Below, in pieces: positions 52,575 to 64,000 of a stretch of DNA of 64,000 bases. Origin of the DNA: Octopus vulgaris (Eukaryota). Position numbers and translations under genes: made by a program. The stretch covers positions 29,202,001 to 29,266,000 of the forward strand of contig OX597827.1 of assembly GCA_951406725.2 (NCBI GenBank). The letters are read 5' to 3'. The notes under the pieces were generated by a model. It was not told where the DNA came from. It did no database searches and saw only the letters and a list, made by a program, of their open reading frames with translations. Position 1 is the first letter of the stretch; the number at the start of each line of letters is the position of its first letter.

Positions 52575-53544
52575 TTTGTAATTCACAAACTTGTGTCTCA
52601 GAACGCCTACTAAACAGATTTAGGCTCCTGTAAAAATGGAATAGCTTTGCCAAAGAAATCCCGCTTATTTGGGTATGTCTTCACATCCTGCTTGTGCCTT
52701 GCCGTATAACTTGAATGTTGGAATTCGATTTTTTCCTCTGCACCTCCATGTGAAGGGGCGTAGACTCTGCCGAAATCAAGACTTGAGAGAATAAGAGGTA
52801 GATCCCTTATAATTCCTTGCAATACCGTTCAGCCATGCCAAATTGATGGATTTCGATAGCTAAATTTTGGCTTGTATGCTGTGGCTCTCGGTATATCTCT
52901 CGACGGTTGTGGTCTGTGAAAACGGCAGCAATGTCATATGAAGCGCTTGTGAACATTTCGTCAATAATCGCGTTGTAGAATTTGTCGTATTTGTTCGTAG
53001 GCAGGAGAGTTTAAGACAATAGATATAAAACATTCCTGGCAATATCGGTGTTTCCATTCATGTTAGGGTACGAATTAAGGTAGATTATATTCCCTTTTTA
53101 GCTTTTATCATACTAGCGCTGCGCTTCCTGTCTGTTAGCTTCTAGGGTACAGTTACTTCTTGCTTACGAATCTTAATAATATAGTATAGCTTTATTACAT
53201 ACGGGGATGTCTGCGAATGAATATCTCTGGTCTGTTGCATACATTATCAGCTGACCATACTTTATAAAACAAAATAGGTTTGCCTGGTGCTTCGTTGCTA
53301 CACCACTTCTTTCAATGATTGCTGTTTGAAATAGCAGAAGAGGTAGAACGCAGGTGAGTAAAGGAGTAGAGCTCTAGTTAGCAAGGGAAGGAATTCCCTT
53401 AATATGCATATATGATGCATGTTTGTTTTGCAAAATAGTGGTTTTGTCTCGAATTAATATTATATAATATTTTACTATAAAATTGGATTTAATCCTAAAT
53501 CTGATTTTTTCCCTATAAATTTGGATTTATTCCCTAATATTTAT

Positions 53545-53590
<46 letters not shown>

Positions 53591-53724
53591 GATATATATA
53601 TTTAAATAACATCACACAGACGCATATATATGCATGTATGTGTATATTTAGATATATATATATATGTGTAGATATATACTGTATATGTATACGTATGTGT
53701 ATATGTATATATATGTACATGTAT

Positions 53725-53757
<33 letters not shown>

Positions 53758-53812
53758 CACTTTATATATTATATAACCGCATTTTATATAATATATATAC
53801 ATATTTATATGC

Positions 53813-53860
<48 letters not shown>

Positions 53861-54484
53861 TATATATGGTATGCATATAGATGTGCGTGTGTATCTATGT
53901 GTGTGTGAGAGTGTATGCATATGTGAGCGTATTGAGGCATGTGTGTCCTACTGGAGGAAACCAACACATTCTTAGGAGAATAACTACTTCAATTTCATCA
54001 TAGACGTAATGTATGAGACTTCTTATCTTAGTTTGCACCAATCAGACATTTTGCCTTGGAAACACAACTCTCGTGTAAGTAATAATGTTATATTGTCCAT
54101 CGGATATAATAATAAGCAGAACCGAATGTAGTCACCTTAGCACTTTGGTAAATTAAGAAATGATCGAAAATAAATAAAAGGAATATTTGTTTTTCTTTGG
54201 ACTGGTTCTGGATAAATAGTATTTGAGCCTGAGGTGTGTTACTCTACCAGACAAACTTCAATGGAATTTTGGCGGTTCTTTTTAATATAGCTTCTTGAAA
54301 ACGAGGCTTAACAGACAGAAAAACAAGCTGGCAGAGGTGTGTAAACGCATGCTTATGAACATAGAGTTGTGTGCATGAGATAACGTGTGTGTGTGAGTAT
54401 GTGCGTGTTTGTATTCAGATGCGTATGCACATTAATACCTTCATAGATATTTATCTACTGTCTCTCTGTTTCTGTCTGTCTGTC

Positions 54485-54529
<45 letters not shown>

Positions 54530-54629
54530 ATATATATATATGCGTGAGAGCGTGCGCGCTTTTGTGTATCTATGTCCATAAATATTTATATTCATGTGTA
54601 AAATATATTCAGGCATATATATATATATA

Positions 54630-54711
<82 letters not shown>

Positions 54712-55219
54712 CATAAGGATGCTCACGTATATAGATATATATATAACATAGCTAAATGCGTGAGTCTAAGGGTGATCGTGAGTGTGCCTGTTTATGTGTA
54801 TGCGTGTGCGTGCACGTATGTGTGTGTATGCCCGCGCGCGCGGGCGTTCGTGTGCGTGTGCTATCGAGGGTACGATATGTATTTGTGATCTAATAGTTTA
54901 TGATTCAATATCCAATGAAAGATTGAAGCGGAATAAATGTAAACATACCCCGCAGACAAAGCATTCACGCAACTTTATTGGATTATGCAAGAACGTAGCG
55001 CCGCGAATGAGGCGGGAGTGGCGATTCTGGGGGTTCGGGAGGTGCAGAGGGGGAAAATAAGAAGAAATATCAACGCCAACATAGTTATTGAATCACGAGT
55101 CAGTTACTTGTAGCTTGCTTTGAATTTCTATAGGTGTTTAGGAAGAAGTCGAACAGTCTTAGTAGGCAGGAAATTTATTTAAAAGCGAAGCTCTGATAAA
55201 ACATTGCAGAGGGCTTCTC

Positions 55220-56111
<892 letters not shown>

Positions 56112-56560
56112 TTGTTTTTATTATTGAGAGAAAGAACTAATAACGTCGATTCTATTACATATCATATAATATTCAGAAATAAAAAATAGAATAATGAAAA
56201 CATAGAGAGAGGGGGAGAAATATAATGTAATAAATAAGTCAATCGATAAATAAATAATATATAAGAATATAAAAAAAATATAAAGCTTAATATTTTGTTG
56301 ATTCTGTAACGTTGCCATAATCTTCATGAAGTCTACCAATTAATATATATATATAACAAAAATGATTGGAGGCATTCGGAAACATACGAACTTTTCTTAC
56401 GTAATTGCTTACTATAATAATTGGATTTTTTTAGTTTTCTTGTTTGATTTTTTTAAAATTAATATTTTTATTAGTCAAAATACAAAAATATAAAGCATTC
56501 AAAATTATAGAATGTTTTGTTGAGTAGCTTCGTGCAACTATTATAAAGGAGAGAATAAAA

Positions 56561-56778
56561 GGCGGCGAACTGGCAGAAACGTTAGCGCGCCGGGCGAAAT
56601 GCGTAGCCGTATCTCGTCTGCGGTTACGTTCTGAGTTCAAATTCCGCCGAGGTTGACTTTGCCTTTCATCCTTTCGGGGTCGATAAATTAAGTACCAGTT
56701 GCGCACTGGGGTTGATGTAATCGACTTAGTCCGTTTGTCTGTCCTTGTTTGTCCCCTTGTGGGCAGTAAAGAAATATA
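56561..56778 (+). mobile_element. tRNA-derived SINE
   Basis: GGCGGCGAACTGGCAGAAACGTTAG...GAGTTCAAATTCC; homolog of 5067-5250. Confidence 0.8.
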
Positions 56779-57156
56779 TTACAAAGGAGAGAAACCTAGG
56801 TCAAACTTGTTTCATCCAGTTTCTATTTCTTTGTGGGTGGGGTTGTTGTTTTTTGTTGGTGTTTTGGATTTCTCTTTTATTATATTTTAGAATTCCAGGC
56901 GCATTCGCTACGAAACACAGAGCGGTTTCTTCCCCTTACGTCCTATGAACAGAGTTACTTCGTTCGTTAACGCTTTAGTATTCAGTGTCGTTTTTATTTC
57001 CTCACATTGTCTTGAACTAAGTACACCTTTTCTTGAAGCTTCAGGATTTTGATGTTGTGACTGTTTATTTTTAGAATGACATTGTTGGATAGCCATGAGA
57101 GGCTGCATCTGGCCTATCTGAACATAAAAACGAATATTTGTTAAATATTGATAAAT

Positions 57157-57274
57157 GGTCCGGGTTCATTCCCACTGCGTGGTACCTGGGGCAAGTGTCT
57201 TTTACTATAGCCTCGGGCCGACCAAAGCCTTGTGAGTGGATTTGGTAGACAGAAACCGAAAGAAGCCTGTCGTA

Positions 57275-57358
<84 letters not shown>

Positions 57359-57570
57359 TATGTCTGTGTTTGTCCCTCCCACCACCAACATCGCTTGACA
57401 ACCGATGCTGCTGTGTTTACGTCCCCGTAACTTAGCGGTTCGGCGAAAGACACCGATTGAATAAGTACTAGGCTTACAAAGAATAAGTCCTGGCGTCGAT
57501 TTGCTCGACTAAAGGCGGTACTCCAGCATTTTCGCCGTCAAATGACTGAAACAAGTAAAAGAGTAAGAGT
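57157..57570 (+). mobile_element. Abundant SINE (5'-clipped)
   Basis: Same body as 23467-23883. Confidence 0.8.
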
Positions 57571-58366
57571 AGTAAGCGACACTGCCTAAATAACTTTCTG
57601 TATATCTTATTAAACGTAAATATAGTATAGACGAATGCTGTACATAAGTGCGGCATTCGTCTCGAAAAAGATTCTCGTATAGACGGGTAGGTCAAAAGCG
57701 TAGAAGAATATCATTAGCCGACGATAGTTCTCCAGCGTACTTGACGCGCAAATATGCAGAGTTCCGAAATATGCAGAACTCCAGAATACGCAGAAATCCG
57801 GATTCAGTAATTCCAGTGCCGTTGCTTGACAGTTTTCGTCAGCTGCAGAAGTTCTGTGCTTTCTGGCACTATATGTCTGTACGAAATGCTATCGCGAGAC
57901 GAATAGCGCACTTTTGTAGCTTTCTAGAGTATGTCTTACGTTAAGCAAACAGAATCTGCTATGCTGTTACACTAGATTAGCTAATCCATTCAAAAGCAGT
58001 GACTTTGGTATAAGAACTCTGTTACACTTTTCAGCTAAATTACGTAGTTGTGCTTCCGCAAGCGTATTACTTAAACAAACAGTTCTGAATCCTTGGGGTA
58101 AAATAGAAAACGGATATTTCAACTGATATTCATGGATCATTGGATCTTCATTTTATTTCTCAATGAGAGTAATGAGAAAAGTTATAAAGTTATGGCGGGA
58201 AGCATTCTGTGGGATGAAATGTTATACAATATGCAAAATACACTAGAAATTCACTTACGACTGAACATAATTTTCTTGAAATTAAAATTAACTTACAACA
58301 GAATAGGGGACGAATGTTGCAAGACGTCCTCATCCGACTGCATCTGAAATCATCACCTTGAACAAG

Positions 58367-59575
<1,209 letters not shown>

Positions 59576-59760
59576 AAATGGATAAATGAATTATCTTGTT
59601 ACGGATTATTCAAAAGATAACCGATACCTGGGTAGCAAAAATCACAACAGAAAAATCACGGGGTCTCAAACCCGTGCCTTAGTGCGGAAATTTGAAGTTT
59701 ATATATTTAGTGTAGGAAGAAATGGAGCTGAACGAAGATTTAACAAAATTCCTTTTTATT

Positions 59761-59846
59761 ATTTTCTACATATGTTTCAAAGGCTGCAAAGTCCCTAATT
59801 CGGATTGAATAAGGAGACCATTTTTCAGCCTTCTCTTCAGGAAAAT
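59761..59846 (-). ncRNA. Type I hammerhead ribozyme in PLE pLTR
   Basis: Minus strand: ATTTTC-CTGAAGA-GAAGGCTG...CAGCCTTT-GAAAC-ATAT-GTA^-GAAAAT. All three stems are intact. Confidence 0.9.
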
Positions 59847-60430
59847 CCAGGAACTTAATTCTCCAACAAAATGCACATCAAACTTTTCGACAAATGCTCG
59901 CGAGGAGCCCATGGGATAAATGGCACAAAACTGTCTCTCAATATGCGTTGACGCCAGGCTGGGCGAAAGCCGACGAAAAAGTTCGTTGAGATAAATCAAG
60001 GTCAAAATCCGGCTAACAGGGGGGAGGGTTACAGGAAAATCAAAGAGTGAGAATGCATTCTGTATGACTGGTGTTAATATTCGAATTGTTTTAAGAATGA
60101 GTGCTGTAGTGTTAGGGTGTGAGAAATTGCCTACATGTATGTGTGTGTGCGCCTATGTATGTGTGGCAGTGTGTTTAGAAGGCTGCAATGGAGAGAGATA
60201 TAGCAGCTATTAATGGTCAAGCAGCTGAAAACAACTGTGTCTGTGTGTTCGTCTGTAACCAGTTGGTAGAGGGATGGAATGTCAACAATGGGAGGATACA
60301 TTGACATCCCTTAAAGCAGTTCTAGATAAGTAGCAGTTCTTACGCTAATAGGGGAGTGATTTCCCCTTACAAATTTAATTCAAATTTTTTTTCTTTTCTT
60401 AGGAAATCAAAGGGTTAACTATCTTAGACT

Positions 60431-62295
60431 TCATTGGAATGCAAGAAATGTGTGCCGCCTCCAGTGCGGGCATCTAAAAGAATTTTGCACAATCGAGTTC
60501 ACAAGTTGCCCTCGGGCGAACAGAATATGAAATAGTTCCGAGTTGCAAAGATTACAGATTCTTTTGCCTCTATCAAACGGTAAAGACACCGATAAAATCG
60601 ACCATTCCAGTCTAAAGGTTGAATTCGCGTTCTTCAAACGCCAGACTAATTTACTTAGTCCAGTAGCGTGTTGCTTTCCAAAATCGCGAAACGTTGAGAA
60701 ATGATTCGATATTCTAACAGCCAATTTCGATGATGAAGCTCCGATATACATGTAGACATCTGAATCAGTATAAACTGTGCACTGGTAAATGGCGTTTCTA
60801 GTCTTGGAATTACTAGATACGAACCTTATTCTATTGGGGTTGGCTTCGGCTATTAATACGGCGTTCTTATTACTATGATGATTGTAAAAACTACGGCTGT
60901 CTTCGACATTATTAACCCCATTATCATTACTATTTAATGCAATATCGCCTGTATACTCCCTGCCACTGAAAATGCTGTGATTGCTAATGTCCGTGATACT
61001 ACTGTTGTTAAAACCGCTGCTAATCTTGTTGTTGGGACTCCCTACATTAATGACTCGATCAGTGCTCTTATCCTTATTACCATTACTTACGTTAACGACG
61101 CTACCATTGCTCTTATCCTTATTACTATTACTAACTCCAAGGCTGGCATGGAGGTTGTTAATATCTGTGCCAGTTCTATTATTATTATTATTATTACTGC
61201 GTGTTATGCTGGCATTAGACGGAGCTGAGTCTCCGTTCGTGGGCGAGAGGGTCTTATTTAGCATCTTATTGTTATGGTAGGCAATTATCTGTGAAAGATT
61301 TTTAGTATTGGAGAAGGCTATCCTAACTTTGTGCGAGTTTACAGTGGAGTAATATCTCGAATTTCTGGGAAAATTACTGGCAATGGCTTGGCGAAACTGC
61401 AGCGGTAGGTTAGATCTTATTTGTTTACCAAAGGGAATTACAAACCAAATATAGTTATTCCTGTTTTTGTACTGGCTCGGGGAGTCAACTCTAACATTAA
61501 GGTGGGTATTTCTGGGTTGAATAATGGGTTTTGGCTTACTATGGCCTCCCCTGGACCGCAAATTATTTATGTTATCTATATTTATTCTAGTTGTACTTGT
61601 ATCGACATTCCTCAGGCTACCTTCACTACTTATATTATTTATGTTATTGCAACTTGCCTTATCCTGATGACGGAATGCTGGCTTCGGACGGGCCGGATCT
61701 ATATATACTACCTTCTCCCTATAACCGGCTTTAGACAGGGCGGCATTATAAAATTCCGCTTTCTGTCTAAAAATGTCGACATTGGCAGACAAATTAGTTA
61801 ATCTTTGAGAAATATTTTAAACCAAATTGTCTGTTATAGTTTTTGCGTGGTTAGAGAAAACACTGACATACTTTAAGTTAGTGGAAGGTTTGTGGTAGGG
61901 GCAGTAAGAATCGCTATGGAGGTTTAGTGTGACATCTAAGAAATTAGCCTTAGTAAGTTCGTTATCAAAAACTATACTCATGCCCATCCTATTGAAGAAC
62001 CTAGCTAATCTATTTTTAGTTTTCTGTACGATTCTGTTCGGGGTGTTCTGTAGGTAAAACAGACAATCGTCACGATATAGGCCACCACCGATGTCCGGGA
62101 ATTGGTCGGATAATTCATAGAGAATATAGATTCCGACCAAATCGGCAATCTGCGCGCTATCTGAACTACCCATAGGTATATCGAACTCGTTGGGAGTATC
62201 CTTACGAACCCATAACTTATCTTCAAACTGTATAAAGGATTTTCTGGCGACTAGAATTATATCAATTTCTTCTCTTGTGAGGCCTGCCTTATTAT
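60431..62295 (-). pseudogene. PLE RT (C-half) + Asn-rich linker + GIY-YIG; one in-frame TAA at 61817-61819
   Basis: FDIPMGSSDSAQ, GLYRDD, NFLDVTLNL, SNHAK; AIYQC...MYIGAS...RISNH; CNLC...CPH. The two track ORFs are in the same frame. Confidence 0.92.
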
Positions 62296-62305
62296 GTGCA
62301 TGCCA

Positions 62306-64000
62306 CATAATATATATATACCGGAGTAAACACATAAATGTGAAACAAGGTGAGAAAAAGAGTAATTCAAATACCAGACGTAGAGTAATATGCTTCATTT
62401 AAAGGCAGCAGAAATTTAACAAAAGCTGTTACTCGGAGTTTCACGTTCTCGTTCGTCGGATAGTTTAGAACGGAGATGACAATTCTATCAAGACTAGTAT
62501 AAACGTTACACCTTTAAAAATGAATTTGTTTGATTGGTCCTTTCAAATAAGGGTCATATGCGAGCGATAAGCAAAAATAAACAAAACAAATAAATGAGTT
62601 CAATATAAAATTATAAAAATCGCGGAAAAACCTTAAATCGAAGATTTGATTAAATACATATTGTCATTAATTATGTAGAAAATATAATTCGATTAATACA
62701 ATTAATACATAAAAATTTAAATTAAAATATATTAAAATATTTCACAACAGTACATACTCATACTAAAATACACAGATAGATGTCCGCAGACCACATACAT
62801 ATACAGACATATAAATGCAAAACGAAAATATACACACAAATACATGTACACACATGCATACGCAATCTTGCTCACATGCAAAAATCACTCGGTGTATACA
62901 TATAGACTATAAGCAAAATGCAGGGAAGTGGAAGAGACGATCTTGTAAGCAACAGAAAGCTAAAGACGTGAGTAAGGGAGGGGGAGGGGCGTAAAGTTAC
63001 AGAGAGAGAGAAAAACGAAAGAAAGGAAGAAAGAAAAAAGAAAAAGAAAAAAGAAAAAGTCTGACTATACGTAACGGATGATCATAAGATGAAATTACGT
63101 ATACATGTGTATATAAGCATGTAAGCCGTAAATACATATATACGAACACATATAAATATATAGAGACAAGTATGCAAACACACAAGTCCAACTGAATACA
63201 TACACATATATTCATGTATGTATGTGCATAAGTACAAACATACACTCTCACTTACACATATACATAGACGCATGCTTACAAATACATATGCATGCCAATA
63301 CAAATATTCACAGAAAAAAGTCTAGGGTCTGCGATTATTATTTTTTTTAATTGCTGAGTGCATAATAATAAAATGTTTAGATAAAAGACATCCAAAATAT
63401 AACACCCTATATTGGATTATCTATAAATTAAATTACCAAAGTGAGTTTATACAATATAAAATAGTAAAATAAACTAAGTCGAAGGTTTTTTCTTAAGAAA
63501 TATATCGAAATATAATCAAAAGATATACAAAACTTTGCGTTGCGGAATAGAACCTGCATAATGTGAAACAAATCCAACAGTGTGATCAAAAGCTAGTCCA
63601 AGAATCAAAAGATCAAAAAGACAAAATATACGCTATCCATATGGGATATTGATGTTCGACATTTTAAATTTGGTTGCGTGCCTGCATGAGTTCAAAAGTT
63701 TGCTTCTTTGATTCAAAGAATTAATGTCTTGGAATAATATGAAATATTTCTCTAATAAACAGAGATCGCATTTAAAATTCTTCCTATGTGCCCCGTGCCT
63801 GTATGGTGCCGCTCTATCTAGAATATTCCATGACACGTTGAAAGGTCGGGTTTCTTTTTCTTTTAGTTCCCAGACATATTTCGCCAGGCTGGTCTTCGTC
63901 TTATTTTCTGGGTATCGAAAGTAATTGTTGTGCGAATAAAATCGGGTTTTAAAAGAATTTTCAGAAGCCCCTGTATAAATCTTATATGATGTAAAGTGAT
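62306..64000 (-). mobile_element. 3' part of another PLE family (GIY-YIG C-terminus + 3' UTR/pLTR), continuing beyond the window
   Basis: Minus strand ...KIYTGASENSFKTRFYSHNNYFR...TSLAKYVWELKEK...SWNIL...CDLCLLEK...NSCRH (stop at 63633). HHR variant at 62426-62463. Confidence 0.85.
62426..62463 (-). ncRNA. Minimal hammerhead variant (CCGACGA core)
   Basis: Minus strand: CTAT-CCGACGA-ACG agaa CGT-GAAAC-TCCGA-GTA^-ACAG. U4 is replaced by C and stem I has one mismatch. Confidence 0.55.

Larger units (their letters stand above)
59575..62300 (-). mobile_element. 5'-truncated Penelope-like element (Naiad-type)
   Basis: Contains the RT C-half, GIY-YIG, 3' UTR and HHR. Ends in (AT)n. Confidence 0.92.

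Noticed and set aside
53365-53405. GCTCTAG ttagcaa GGGAA ggaa TTCCC ttaat resembling the conserved hairpin motif
   Set aside because: No intact upstream hammerhead or repeat structure; could be chance or a very old copy.

Overview
This is eukaryotic, AT-rich, microsatellite-saturated, non-genic or intronic DNA. The SINE and microsatellite make-up resembles an octopus/cephalopod genome, but that is an inference. I could not support any host protein-coding gene; most short ORFs in the track are microsatellite read-through. The window is a nest of transposons: four Penelope-like elements (PLEs, Naiad-type RT plus C-terminal GIY-YIG), a near-intact RTE LINE, a full-length Tx1/L1-type LINE bounded by (GATA)n, an R4/Dong-like fragment bounded by (TAA)n, two dead mariners and many tRNA-derived SINEs. 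The most interesting signal is about 17 type I hammerhead ribozyme (HHR) motifs that I folded by eye, from about 11 sequence families. They lie in PLE terminal repeats and in non-coding 352-, 448-, 455-, 456- and 467-bp tandem or partially tandem monomers inserted in (AT)n, which look like non-LTR retrozymes (circular-RNA-forming PLE parasites). Three families share an atypical A.A pair at the base of stem II. About seven families share a covarying hairpin motif (YTAG-n6/7-hairpin-CY(C)TTAT), 65-100 nt downstream of the cleavage site wherever an HHR is present, which may be an undescribed cis-element for mobilisation. All structures were folded manually; no database searches were run.
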